From: an uncultured Gammaproteobacteria bacterium
GTDB lineage: Bacteria; Pseudomonadota; Gammaproteobacteria; Methylococcales; Methylomonadaceae
NCBI GenBank assembly: GCA_963696315.1
Contig: CAVOJU010000014.1
Location: 56,605 to 120,604, forward strand
Direction of reading: 5' to 3'
DNA: 64,000 nucleotides
The notes beneath the pieces are model-generated. The model was given only the letters and a program-made list of their open reading frames with translations. It made no database searches and had not been told where the DNA came from. Shown here in pieces: positions 1 to 10,159 of this stretch. The position numbers were made by a program, and so were the translations under genes. Position 1 is the first letter of the stretch. Each line of letters opens with the position of its first letter.

Positions 1-736
1 GCAGAAAGCTGTAGCTATGAAACCATTCGCCAGCTTTTAAAAAAACACCCTCAAACCCTGGCAAAAGCAGGAATGGTGTATTCCAGAGGTGAGCTCTGAT
101 TTTGTTGCCGCCATGGAAGATGTGCTGGATCTTTACGAAGAGCCCTATGATCCAAAACGGCCGCTGGTTTGTTTTGACGAAAGTCCCAAGCAACTCATCG
201 CTGAGGTTCGCGAACCGCTTCCAGCCGAACCAGGGTCGCCCGCGCGTTATGATACCGAATATGAACGTAAAGGTGTTTGCGATGTAATGATGATCTGTGA
301 ACCTAAGCGTGGTTTTCGCCAAGTAGACATCACTGATCGACGCACCAAAATTGAATTTGCCCACTCTATGAAGCACATTGCAGAGCTGTATCCCGATGCG
401 TCTGTTATCCGCGTGGTGCTTGACAATCTCAATACCCATAAACCCGCGTCCTTATATGAAGCCTTTCCCGCCGAACAGGCGCGGGAGTTGGTTCGAAGAT
501 TGGAGTTCCACTATACCCCAAAACATGGCAGTTGGTTGAATATGGCAGAAATCGAACTGGCGGTATTGTCGAACAGTTGCTTGTCGCAGCGCATGCCTGA
601 CAAAGACACGTTGCGTCGCGAGATTGAAGCCAATGTGCAAGAACGTAATGTACAGGCTAAGCCGGTCAATTGGCGATTCACTACTCAAGACGCACGACGT
701 AAACTGGCTCGGCTATATCCTGCTGTTTCATCATGA
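1..736 (+). CDS. IS630-family transposase, partial (5' end off-window). The orfA tail is in frame 1 up to the A7 run at 39-45; the orfB DDE domain is in the frame of ORF 89..736.
   Basis: ORF 89..736 translates a typical IS630/Tc1 C-terminal DDE region. Frame 1 of nt 1-45 reads ...AESCSYETIRQLLKK, and after the TAA stop at 38-40 the second frame reads ...NTLKPWQKQEWCIPEV. The two frames are joined at an A7 slippery run. Confidence 0.8.
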
Positions 737-770
737 CTGGCTACTAGTGCCTGACCGAAAAAGCCAAAAA
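1..770 (+). mobile_element. IS630-family element, 3' part, truncated by the window start.
   Basis: The transposase is followed by a terminal inverted-repeat-like sequence, tgactggctactagtgcctgaccga (about 735-758). This matches the inverted end at about 3127-3149 and the junction at 2641-2665. Confidence 0.6.
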
Positions 771-2650
771 TAACCAGCCTCCGCAACAAGAGCTGCCAAA
801 ATTCACGCGGAAGCTGGAAGGCTAACGGCTTTCTTATGGTGCTTATCGACTAAAAAGTTTGCAACCCATCCGGCAGGGGCAAGTTCTCGAGATTCCGGAC
901 ACAGCTTGCCGGTCTTGTCGCAATACCGCAGTTAAAAAACTTAGGCGGCGAGCTTTTGCTGGCGCTGTCCTAGCCGCTCCCGCTCCTGAGCCAGACGCTC
1001 GCGTTCGGCGTCGCGCTTGATCTGGCCGATCTTTTGGAGGTTGCGCGACAGCACGGCCAAGGCGACATAGCGCTTGAAGCCGCCGATGCCGTGGTCTGGG
1101 CACTTGTCCAGGCCGTGCACCTCCAGCGCGTTGATGCCGGACTCAACGGCCGAGTGCGCCTTCCGGGCGGCAACAAAGGCGCCATCGCGCTCACGCGCCT
1201 CATCGCTGGCAGACCACTTGCCTTTCTTGGGCAGGGTGACTTGGTCAAGCATCGCCTGAAGCTCGGTTTGGTTGGCGGGGCTGTGGAAGCCCTTGTCAAA
1301 GCTACAGGCCTTGAACGAGGGGAATAGCTGTTGCGTTTCCTTGACGATGCTTACCGCGATCTGGTCGTCTGTTTGTTTTTCCATGACCTGATGGTGCAAG
1401 ATGAAGCCCTCCTTGCTTTCCACCACCGCCACGCGCAGGCCTAACTCCACCGGCACCCCGGCCTTGCCCTTGACGATCCATTCGGTGTGCGGCTGGAACA
1501 GGGAGAAGACCTTCTCATCGTGCGGGATAACCTCGCCCTTGAGCACGCGGCGCTCGATGTGGTCGATTTGGCGCTGGGCGTGGGCGATTAATTGCCGGGG
1601 CTTGGCTAGTTGAATTGCGCAGACGGCGTACTGGCTGGCCAGTTGCGCGACGGTCTCTTCGACGCGCTTTAGGTGGGCGGCCGACAGGCTAATGAAGGTC
1701 TGGTGAGCCTTGGCGATCTGCTCGGCCTTGGCCTGCTGCTTGGCCGCGTCCTTGGAGGTGGAGTGTTTGAGCTTCTGGATGACGCGCAGGGCTTTTCTGA
1801 GTTTCTTCAGGCAGTTCTTAAACTGCCGCCAGCCCTTCAGATCGTAGGTCTCGCTGAACTGCGCGCAAAGCTGGAGCAGCACCCGCATGGCGTCGTACAG
1901 CAGGTTGACGTCGGTTGGAAAGTGCACGTCGGTCTCCACCACGAACGAGTCACAGCGGCCTGCGGCGGGCGCGGGGCTGTTTTTTTTACCGAGCAGGGCG
2001 TAGCCGGCCTCCACCACCGCCTGGTTGATGCGGGCCAGGATCGCCGGCGTGAACAAGGCGAGATTGTCCTTGAGCGTCTGTAGGGAGAAGATCTTTTCGT
2101 CCCATTCGGCAATGCCGAGGACGAGCCGCAGGGTGCGGTGCTGGTTGGCCAACTCGTGGATGCGGTCAAAGTCGGCGTTCAGGCACAGGCGCAAGCAGCC
2201 CAGCACCAGGATGGTCCATTGGTTCATGCCGGGGCAACCCAACTCGGCGGAGACCACTTTGGCCTGGCCGTCGACGACTTGCGTCGGCAGGATGTCCTTG
2301 ATGATCTCGAAGACCTTGTCCCGCAAGCCATCGGTGCAATAGATGTGCTGGAGGCCGAGCAGGATCAGGGGGATGTCGTCCCGCGAGCGCACGTCGATCT
2401 GAATGTCGGCGATGTCGACTTGGCCGATGGTCTGTTGGCTTGGGAAGGTGTCTCTCATGAGTTTTCCCTGAGTTTTGGGTGGTTTGGCAGGGCCCGCCCT
2501 GTTGGTTTTGACGGGACGTTTTCTATGGTTATTGTTTTTCAATGACTTGAAGGTTTTGGCCCGGCGCCGCTGGTTGGGTGCGGTCAGCATCTTCATTTTT
2601 AATATTATACTGCAAGCTGTTGTTATATAATAGCTATTTTACTTATCGGT
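758..2650 (+). mobile_element. Insertion sequence carrying the 551-aa transposase. It sits between two inverted IS630 ends; its boundaries are approximate.
   Basis: Both flanks end in the same IS630 terminal sequence, gtgcctgaccga, facing inward (757 on + and 2645-2656 as its reverse complement). GC composition shifts across the segment. Confidence 0.45.
941..2596 (+). CDS. DDE transposase, 551 aa, of an IS4-superfamily-like element. The exact family is uncertain.
   Basis: Long GC-rich ORF with a CDSFVVETDVHFPTD acidic block and a C-terminal HGLDKCPDHGIGGFKRYVALAVLSRNL-type motif typical of IS transposases. Its GC (about 60%) is higher than its surroundings. Confidence 0.65.
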
Positions 2651-3150
2651 CAGGCACTAACTACAACTCTCCGCATAGGACAATTCCACGACTTTGCCGG
2701 CTAACAGCCGTAATGTCCAGTGATCATGGCCTGCCGGTGCATCGCTGCAAGCCAGCGCAATCACATGGGCGGCTTGTTTCTCCGTTAGCTTAGGTGCTTT
2801 TCCAGGGCACGGGCGGTCTTTCAGCGCAGCCCTGGCCCTTATTCGACACACCTCTGACGGGTTTTGTAAACCATTGAAGGCGAAACATCCAGCGCCTCAA
2901 TGATGGCTTGATCTTGAAAACCGGCGGCGGCTTTTAGCAGAATACGCGCTCGCGTATGGCTTCGTGATGAGCCTTTTCCTTTGCGTATCAGCGTTTCCAA
3001 GTTCTGGATTTTGTCGTCCGTTAGAGTCACTTTATATTTGATAGCTGGCATGGACAAACCTCGGGAATCGTTAGTCTATGCTTGACAGTATAGTTTAAAA
3101 TTGCTTCCTATCAATCTGTTTTATAATGACTGTCTACTAGTTTGGAGACT
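2641..3150 (-). mobile_element. Nonautonomous, internal-deletion derivative of IS630 in the opposite orientation to copy 1.
   Basis: The 5' half of orfA is fused to the 3' terminal sequence. An inverted end-like sequence, tgactgtctactagt, lies at about 3127-3141. Confidence 0.5.
2657..3057 (-). CDS. IS630-family transposase N-terminal (HTH) part. It comprises two ORF fragments, 2839..3057 and 2657..2851, on an internally deleted IS630 copy.
   Basis: The fragments carry HTH motifs (IRKGKGSSRSHTRARILL; EKQAAHVIALACSDAPAGHDHWTLRLLAGKVVELSYAESCS). The sequence ends exactly at tgtagtTA and is joined directly to the IS630 3' end, gtgcctgaccga. Confidence 0.7.
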
Positions 3151-3216
3151 TTTAAAACACGTTCTAAGAATTAAAAGGCGCTTTGGGTATTGATAGAAAT
3201 AGGGTCGGACAAAGCT

Positions 3217-3903
3217 TTATTTTGCACTCGCTGAGTTGAACAGCGACATAAACAAATTTTTTGCCCCGCTTATTTTTCTATCCTTGGCATTTTTTAAAGC
3301 CAGTTTTGCTTCAGCTTTTAGCTGGTTGTCTGCATAAAGTTGATCTTCACGAATTGGCACTGATACCGCTTTTTCAAAGTATTTCTCGGCTTCTATCGGG
3401 TCATTATGCGTTAGCAGATAATCGCCATAGAAATAGTTGGTATCGATCCCATTTGGATTTATGTTTAAAGCTGTCTTTAGTAGTTCTTGAGCTTTTTGGT
3501 CATCACCAAATGAGATAGGCCATTTCGGCGCCATATAATAGAGCGTACCCAATGTCACGTAAGCTGATCCGCTCATGGTCGTCGGCTTGATTGTAATTGC
3601 TTTTTCTAATAAATCACGGGCCTCTTGAATACTGTTAAGGGCGGAAAATCCATCTTGGTGGTTAGCATATGTGGCCTTTACAACGGCTTCCCAGAAAAGA
3701 GGTTCGGCGTCGTTGGGAAATTTTTTAGTTAAGGTGACTGTCTTGTCAAGTAATTGCAGATAGGCTGGTCCCTGTTTTTGTTTGGGAGTTCCGTAGTATA
3801 TAAGCGCCCATTCAGATTCAATGCGGGCCAGAGAATCTTGAAGATTTTCTGCAACACATTGGCTTGATAGTAGTAATAATGCAACAAATGTCGTTTTTTT
3901 CAT
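3217..3903 (-). CDS. Secreted TPR-like repeat protein or lipoprotein (hypothetical).
   Basis: N-terminal signal peptide MKKTTFVALLLLSSQCVA, then helical repeat-like composition. Confidence 0.5.
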   Translation of the reverse strand: MKKTTFVALLLLSSQCVAENLQDSLARIESEWALIYYGTPKQKQGPAYLQLLDKTVTLTKKFPNDAEPLFWEAVVKATYANHQDGFSALNSIQEARDLLEKAITIKPTTMSGSAYVTLGTLYYMAPKWPISFGDDQKAQELLKTALNINPNGIDTNYFYGDYLLTHNDPIEAEKYFEKAVSVPIREDQLYADNQLKAEAKLALKNAKDRKISGAKNLFMSLFNSASAK

Positions 3904-3952
3904 ACGGGAACTATAGAATAAAACGACTTAAGAATCAATATTCAGATAAAAA

Positions 3953-4429
3953 TTAGCCATTATTCCATTCGGAATAAGGGTGAAGTGCTAGATTATTGTT
4001 GTAATAACGCAAATCATACGTCACTTCCTGACCTAGCCATTCCGGTTTTTCGAAGGGCTGTCCTATTTCTGATAATTCAATTTCGGCGACAATCAGACCA
4101 GCATTGTCGCCGTAAAATTCATCAATTTCCCATGTGTACCCTTCGCAGATGACAAAATGTCGGGTTTTTTCTATTAATGGTTTCACGCAAAGTTCATGCA
4201 ATATCTCGTCGGCATCCGATAACGGTATTTCATACTCATATTCACGTCTGTAAGAGCCGATAGTGGCGCTTTTAATGTTGAGCCAGGCCTGATTGTCGCT
4301 GATGCGAATTCTGATTGAGCAGGTCGGTTGTGAGCTTAAATAGCCTTGGCTATATTTGACAGAATGGCTGATTTGGTGACGCCAGTGGTTGTTTTTGAGT
4401 AAGAATTTGTGTTCAACTTCAATGGCCAT
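3953..4429 (-). CDS. CYTH-domain protein (adenylate cyclase class IV / triphosphatase family).
   Basis: MAIEVEHKFLL N-terminal motif characteristic of CYTH. The ORF track starts at an upstream TTG (4474); the ATG at 4429 is the more likely start. Confidence 0.7.
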   Translation of the reverse strand: MAIEVEHKFLLKNNHWRHQISHSVKYSQGYLSSQPTCSIRIRISDNQAWLNIKSATIGSYRREYEYEIPLSDADEILHELCVKPLIEKTRHFVICEGYTWEIDEFYGDNAGLIVAEIELSEIGQPFEKPEWLGQEVTYDLRYYNNNLALHPYSEWNNG

Positions 4430-4631
4430 AATTTGATGATGAGGAAAAGTGCGTTGTTGAGTGACAATGAACAACTTACATCGTCAGTTGATGCGTATTA
4501 ATGGTTTAGTCTGCTTTATTTAATTGGGCAGCAATGCTAAAGTAAGCCAGAATCATTTTACTAGGTTTTATTGGCTGTTGTTGGCAGTTGATACAAAACA
4601 TTTTTTGATCTACTTAATTTAGGAGAAACAA

Positions 4632-5213
4632 ATGGCTTTTGAACTTCCTGCATTACCTTATGCTAAAGACGCACTGGCGCCTCATATTTCAGCGGAAACT
4701 TTAGAGTACCACTACGGCAAGCATCACCAGACGTATGTTACTAATCTGAATAATCTGGTACCGGGTACTGAATTCGATGGGTTGTCTCTGGAGGAGATTA
4801 TCGTAAAGTCTTCGGGCGGTATTTTCAATAATGCAGCTCAGGTGTGGAATCATACATTTTATTGGAATAGTTTGAAGCCAAACGGTGGCGGCCAACCCAC
4901 TGGTGCATTAGCGGATGCTATTTATGCAACTTTCGGATCATTCGCTGCATTCAGAGAGGAGTTTACTAAATGTGCAGTGACCACTTTCGGTTCAGGTTGG
5001 GCGTGGCTGGTTAAAAATGCTGACGGCAGTTTGGCGTTGGTCAGTACAAGCAATGCCGGTTGCCCATTAACCACCGGGCAAACCCCACTGCTGACCTGTG
5101 ATGTTTGGGAACATGCCTATTACATCGATTATCGTAATGCGCGTCCAGCTTATCTGGAAGCATTTTGGTCCTTAGTCAATTGGGATTTTGCTGCAAAAAA
5201 CTTTTCAGCTTAA
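4632..5213 (+). CDS. sodB: Superoxide dismutase [Fe].
   Basis: Full-length Fe/Mn-SOD with the HHxxY...DVWEHAYY motif; [11 protein letters not shown] is typical of the Fe type. Confidence 0.95.
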   Translation: MAFELPALPYAKDALAPHISAETLEYHYGKHHQTYVTNLNNLVPGTEFDGLSLEEIIVKSSGGIFNNAAQVWNHTFYWNSLKPNGGGQPTGALADAIYATFGSFAAFREEFTKCAVTTFGSGWAWLVKNADGSLALVSTSNAGCPLTTGQTPLLTCDVWEHAYYIDYRNARPAYLEAFWSLVNWDFAAKNFSA

Positions 5214-5231
5214 TTTTTAAGTAATATGAGA

Positions 5232-5267
5232 AACCTTCTGCGTCTGTCGATGCAGAAGGTTTTTTTA
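5232..5267 (+). terminator. Rho-independent terminator downstream of sodB.
   Basis: ccttctgc-gtctgtcgat-gcagaagg hairpin followed by a T7 run. Confidence 0.7.
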
Positions 5268-5280
5268 TGGGAGCAATAAT

Positions 5281-5976
5281 ATGGCAACAGTTTTAATTAC
5301 CGGCGCTAATCGTGGCTTGGGTCTGGAGTTTACTCGTCAATATGCAGCAGATGGCTGGAATGTCATTGCCTGTTGTCGTCAACCATCGCTGGCGACCGAC
5401 TTGGATAGACTTGCTGGCCAATACAATACGATTCAAGTGGAAGCGCTAGATATCGCTGATTTTGCTCAGATTGATGCTTTGTCGAGAAAATTATCCTCTT
5501 GCTGCATCGATGTTATGATTAATAATGCAGGCATTTATGGCGATTCACAGGCCGGTGGTTTCGGTCAACTTGATTATCAAACCTGGACCAAGACACTGGT
5601 TATTAATACTCAGGCGCCCATAAAAATGGCAGAAGCGTTTCTCAATCAAATCAAATGCAGTGAGAAAAAACTGATTGTCAATATTAGCAGTTTAATGGGC
5701 AGCATTGCGGATAATGACAGTGGTGGCAGTATCCTGTATCGGTCTAGCAAGGCGGCGCTGAATGCGGCGATGAAGAGCCTGGCGATAGATCTTAAAAATC
5801 AGTCTATAGGGGTGCTTATCTTGCATCCCGGTTGGGTGAAAACTGACATGGGCGGCCCGAATGCCCTAATATATGCTGCAGAAAGCGTTAGTGGCATGCG
5901 TGTGGTGATAGATGGCTTTTCGTTGCAACAATCAGGTGGTTTTGTTAAGTATGACGGTACGTCGTTGCCGTGGTAA
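5281..5976 (+). CDS. SDR-family short-chain dehydrogenase (C-factor/CsgA-like).
   Basis: TGANRGLG Rossmann motif, an S...YxxxK catalytic region, 231 aa. Confidence 0.8.
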   Translation: MATVLITGANRGLGLEFTRQYAADGWNVIACCRQPSLATDLDRLAGQYNTIQVEALDIADFAQIDALSRKLSSCCIDVMINNAGIYGDSQAGGFGQLDYQTWTKTLVINTQAPIKMAEAFLNQIKCSEKKLIVNISSLMGSIADNDSGGSILYRSSKAALNAAMKSLAIDLKNQSIGVLILHPGWVKTDMGGPNALIYAAESVSGMRVVIDGFSLQQSGGFVKYDGTSLPW

Positions 5977-6483
5977 ATGTGTATGATTAAAAAAAGTGTG
6001 TTGTTATGGGCAATGTCCCAATGTGTTTACGCCGCCGAGATATCCATTCCCGAGCAGATTAAGGTGCCAGCTGGTAATCATCCTGTTTTAACGGCGCATG
6101 CGAAGGGCGATCAAATATATCAATGCTCTCTCAGCAAAGGTGTGTATGCATGGATAACCCAGGCCCCTGATGCGCGTTTATTCGATGCGCAGGGGCACAT
6201 CGTCGGAAATCACACTGCAGGCCCAGTGTGGGAGTATAAGGAAGGTAGCCGTGTGCTTGGGCGGGTGGTCAGCAAGATTGATATTGCGCCAGAGACGTCT
6301 ATTTCGTGGCTTCTTGTTGAGGTGGTGGCACATAAGGGCAACGGTTTCTTTTCGAACGTGAGCTTTATCAACCGGATTAATACGCGCGGTGGCCTGCCGC
6401 CTTTGTCCGGATGCAATGCCAATCACCTGGGCATGGAGAAGCGGGTTGCCTATACAGCGGATTATATTTTTTACGGCAAATAA
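5977..6483 (+). CDS. Secreted hypothetical protein.
   Basis: Signal-peptide-like N-terminus. The start overlaps the SDR stop, suggesting translational coupling. Confidence 0.5.
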   Translation: MCMIKKSVLLWAMSQCVYAAEISIPEQIKVPAGNHPVLTAHAKGDQIYQCSLSKGVYAWITQAPDARLFDAQGHIVGNHTAGPVWEYKEGSRVLGRVVSKIDIAPETSISWLLVEVVAHKGNGFFSNVSFINRINTRGGLPPLSGCNANHLGMEKRVAYTADYIFYGK

Positions 6484-7205
6484 CGTAATTTCAATTCCCT
6501 GAGTTTCATCAAAGCATAGACGTATGCCAAATGAGGACTGACGATGTTTTTCCGTTTGTAGGCGCGTAAGACATTCCCTAATATGGCTTCTGTCTCCATG
6601 GTGTGGCCGCTCTCATAATCCAATAGCATACTGGTTTTTATTGGGGGGCTTGATGTCGGCGCTCGCCTCGCATTCGATGCTGGCCCGGCTAAATAATGTG
6701 CAGAGATTGCCCGTTTTATGGCTGATGAAACCCGACAGATTGCCCAAGGCCAGACTGCCATAGGCCAGATGTGCTATTTCACCGACGTTGATCCGGTTGC
6801 AGCAAATAAATGCCAGGCCGCTGATGACTTCATTGTCTGGGAAAGCACTTACTATTTCCTGTTCGATTTCTACGCCATTTTGAATAAAGACAATTGTTGT
6901 TTCAGTTGTGACAGCGGGTGGGATCAGGGCAACCCGATCCAGTTCAAGGATGACTTTGGTGCACAGCACGACATAATCAGCCACGTCTTCGATTTCGGAT
7001 GCATGCCTTAGCACTTGGGCGGCCATAAAATTCCATCGGCCAAGATTATGACTGTTAATAAACAATGTCCTGTTGTTTTTACATGCTCGTAATCGGAGCG
7101 GCAAACCACCGATACTTCAGCGCCTGCTTTGGACAATAGCGCGCCGTAGAAACCGCCAATAGCGCCGGCACCAATAATGAGCACTTTAGGGGATATGCTG
7201 TTCAT
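6471..7205 (-). pseudogene. panE: 2-dehydropantoate 2-reductase (PanE/ApbA), split across three frames.
   Basis: ORFs 7008..7205 (the N-terminus, IGAGAIGGFYG), 6613..7104 and 6471..6761 (the ApbA C-terminal domain) together cover one PanE. At least two frameshifts are present; they could be real or sequencing errors. Confidence 0.55.
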
Positions 7206-7890
7206 CCAGTACTTGTTTCAAAAATGGCACGGTCAATTTGCGTTTGGCAGCTAAGGATGCCTTGTCCAGTTTATCCAGCAAAAGCCATAAAGAAGCCAGG
7301 TCCCTGGCGTGATGTGTTAATAAAAACCGGCCCGCTTGCGGCGAAAGCTCCAAGCCCATTAGGCCGGCTTTAAAGCGCAAAGCGGCGATCCCATCGTTAT
7401 CGGTCAAAGGCTGTATTTTTAGTGTGAGCCCCCAATTTAGACGGGTTTTAAGATCAGGCAATTGAATGCTCAGTTCATTGGGTGGACAGGCGGCGGATAG
7501 GATCAGCTTGTGACCGTGTTCATGAAGCTGATTATAAAAATGAAAAAAAGCAATCTCCCAATCCCCGTGGCCAGCAATATGCTCGATATTGTCAAAACAG
7601 ACAATGTCGATTTCATCCAGCCCGGTGAGAAGGGCGATATCAGGCAGCGCTGAAGGGTCAAAAGAAAAATAGAATGAAGCGCGGTCTTGAGCCTGCGCTT
7701 CATGGCAGCAGGCTTGCAGCAAATGGCTTTTGCCTTGGCCGGATTTTCCCCAGAGAAAAATTTGTCGCTCACCGGCTCCCGCGACGCATTGTTGTAAGTG
7801 ATCGACAATTTCTTGATTCGTGCCCGGAAAAAAATTGGCAAATGTTTGATTGGCCCCGAATTCAAATTCTAAAGGAAGTTGTACTGCCAT
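7186..7890 (-). CDS. hda: DnaA regulatory inactivator Hda.
   Basis: 234 aa with a WGKSGQGKSHLLQA Walker-like motif and similarity to Hda/DnaA domain III. Confidence 0.9.
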   Translation of the reverse strand: MAVQLPLEFEFGANQTFANFFPGTNQEIVDHLQQCVAGAGERQIFLWGKSGQGKSHLLQACCHEAQAQDRASFYFSFDPSALPDIALLTGLDEIDIVCFDNIEHIAGHGDWEIAFFHFYNQLHEHGHKLILSAACPPNELSIQLPDLKTRLNWGLTLKIQPLTDNDGIAALRFKAGLMGLELSPQAGRFLLTHHARDLASLWLLLDKLDKASLAAKRKLTVPFLKQVLDEQHIP

Positions 7891-7896
7891 GGTCCG

Positions 7897-8247
7897 CTAT
7901 GCTTGCTTGGAAAATCGGACATAGAGTGTGGCGCCGAAAAAAAGCAATAAACTCAGTATGATTTCCATGGAGGCGAACAGGCGATCAGTTGCGCTGGCAT
8001 AAGCTTCGGCAGAACCGTGTAGAAAATAGAACAGACTGATATAGGCGGCCCAGGCGCAACTCTTAGGCTTCCCGGCCAACAGGCCGCGCATCGGCAGCAG
8101 CAGCGGGGTAACCGTGACTAACAGCATCAGGGCTACAGGAAATCGGCCCGAAGGCGCCAGAACGGTATGCCAAAGCATCAACAAGACAAACAGTCCAAAA
8201 AAACCAGTCAGCGCAAGGTAGTAATAGTAAATTGGTTTAATGTTCAT
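7897..8247 (-). CDS. Small inner-membrane protein (DUF2069-like).
   Basis: Multi-TM hydrophobic 116-aa ORF in a conserved position next to hda. Confidence 0.5.
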   Translation of the reverse strand: MNIKPIYYYYLALTGFFGLFVLLMLWHTVLAPSGRFPVALMLLVTVTPLLLPMRGLLAGKPKSCAWAAYISLFYFLHGSAEAYASATDRLFASMEIILSLLLFFGATLYVRFSKQA

Positions 8248-8429
8248 GCGGTTTTTTTAAAAGAAGAGCGGTTATTGCCAGACGCGCACCCAGTGCACGG
8301 GACACCTCAGCACAGTCTCGGCGCTTTTGATAAGGTCAACGCTGTGAGCTCCTTCAGATGCCATTACGACGGTTGCGGCATTGCGCGAAAAGTTTAGAAA
8401 AAGGATATTTATCATGAATGCGGAACGCA

Positions 8430-8777
8430 TTAAATAATAGCCAGTACAGCTTCCGGCGGGCGGCCTATAGCCGCCTTATCGTTGACAACAACGATGGGGC
8501 GCTCAATCAGAATGGGATTATTCACCATGCCCTGGATGAGCGCTTGGCGATCCAGTGCTTCATTATTCATGCCCGTTTCTTTATAGGCGGATTCATTTTT
8601 GCGCATTAAAGCACGCGGCTCCAGCCCCAGCTTTTGTAAAATGGCATCCAGCTCTTCCGCACTCGGAGGTGTTTTAAGATAGTCGATAATCTCGGGCGTA
8701 ATGCCTTGATCATGCAGTAGTTGCAAAGTCTGACGGGATTTGCTGCAACGCGGATTGTGATAAATTTTTACGCTCAT
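8430..8777 (-). CDS. arsC: Arsenate reductase, ArsC (glutaredoxin-type, Spx/YffB superfamily).
   Basis: MSVKIYHNPRCSKSRQTL...NPILIERPIVV, 116 aa from the internal Met. Confidence 0.8.
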   Translation of the reverse strand: MSVKIYHNPRCSKSRQTLQLLHDQGITPEIIDYLKTPPSAEELDAILQKLGLEPRALMRKNESAYKETGMNNEALDRQALIQGMVNNPILIERPIVVVNDKAAIGRPPEAVLAII

Positions 8778-8868
8778 GGTCGGCATCGATAGTAAAAAGA
8801 AAGCGCTATCATAGCATTTTTGCCGCGGACTACGTTTCGATAGTCCCAAAATTAGGCACAATAAAAGA

Positions 8869-10038
8869 TTATTGGGTCTCTTCCGGTTCCTCGTCTTTAT
8901 GGATGGCCTGCAACGACAGGTTGCCCAGCGGATCGTTTTTTGAACGATCGGGTGCGCCGGCCGGCGAGACCGAGCCCAGCCCCGCGCTCAGATTGATTTT
9001 CAGTTTGAGGTTGTTAGGTGAGTCGGAGTTTTGCAGCGCTTCTTCCAGTGAAATAGTACCTTGCTTAAACAGCCTCAACAGATGACTGTCAAAGGTCTGC
9101 ATGCCGACATTTTCGGATTTTTCCATGGCTTCCTTGATGCTGTGAATGTCGCCTTTATGGATCAAGTCACGCACCAGTTGCGTACCCAGCAAAATTTCAA
9201 TGGCGGCAGTGCGCGTGCCATCCATAGTGGGCACTAGACGTTGCGAGACAAAGGCTTTTAAATTCAATGACAAATCCAGCAGTAATTGCGATCGGCGCTC
9301 TTCCGGGAAAAAATTGATGATTCTGTCCAAAGCCTGATTGGAATTGTTGGCATGCAGGGTAGACAAGCATAAGTGCCCGGTTTCGGCGAATGCCAGCGCG
9401 TGTTCCATGGTTTCGCGAGTCCGGATTTCGCCAATCAGAATGACATCGGGCGCCTGCCGCAGCGTATTTTTCAGGGCGTCTTCATAGCTTAGGGTATCGA
9501 CGCCGACTTCCCGCTGGTTGACCAGTGATTTTTTATGCGGGTGCAAGTATTCGATAGGATCTTCAATAGTGATGATATGGCCGGAGGCATTGCTGTTGCG
9601 ATAATCGATCAGGGCTGCCAACGAAGTCGATTTGCCGGAACCGGTGCCGCCAATAAAGAGAATCAGGCCGCGTTTCTCCATGATGGATTTTTTCAGGATC
9701 GTTGGTAAACCGAGTTTGTCGGCATTGGGGATATCCACTTTAATATTGCGAATGACCAGCGCAAAGGAATTACGCTGCTTGAAAATGTTAACCCTGAATC
9801 GGCCAATGCCGGGTTCAGAGATGGCCAGATTCATTTCGGGCACATGTTCAAACGCCTTTTGCTGGTCGGTATCCATCAGGCTGTAGGCGATTTCTTTCAG
9901 GCGCTCATTGGTCAGGACAATGTTTTCCAAGGGTTTTAATGTGCCCTCAAATTTGGCTGCCGGTGGTGCGCCGGTGGTCAAATAAAGGTCGGAGCCATCT
10001 TTGTGAACGAGTATTGTGAGGTAGTCTTTGAATTCCAT
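8869..10038 (-). CDS. pilU: Type IV pilus retraction ATPase PilU (PilT family).
   Basis: GGTGSGKST Walker A, PilT-family His box, and the PilU-like DLYLTTGAPP motif. Confidence 0.85.
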   Translation of the reverse strand: MEFKDYLTILVHKDGSDLYLTTGAPPAAKFEGTLKPLENIVLTNERLKEIAYSLMDTDQQKAFEHVPEMNLAISEPGIGRFRVNIFKQRNSFALVIRNIKVDIPNADKLGLPTILKKSIMEKRGLILFIGGTGSGKSTSLAALIDYRNSNASGHIITIEDPIEYLHPHKKSLVNQREVGVDTLSYEDALKNTLRQAPDVILIGEIRTRETMEHALAFAETGHLCLSTLHANNSNQALDRIINFFPEERRSQLLLDLSLNLKAFVSQRLVPTMDGTRTAAIEILLGTQLVRDLIHKGDIHSIKEAMEKSENVGMQTFDSHLLRLFKQGTISLEEALQNSDSPNNLKLKINLSAGLGSVSPAGAPDRSKNDPLGNLSLQAIHKDEEPEETQ

Positions 10039-10159
10039 AGTTAGGCTCTAGTGCTGAAAAATAGGGTGGCTTTTAGTTTAGTAGGCGATACCAGAAGTTG
10101 AAGCGGAGAGCGCGAATAAACGCGTATAATGGCAGTTTTTTTATGTATTTTCGGGTGTT

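Noticed and set aside
6471-7205. Treating the panE, CDF, pstS and similar loci as true pseudogenes.
   Set aside because: The same kind of single-base frame break occurs in essential genes (valS, lptG, hemB), mostly at homopolymers. Systematic consensus error is the more economical explanation, so I reported merged coordinates.
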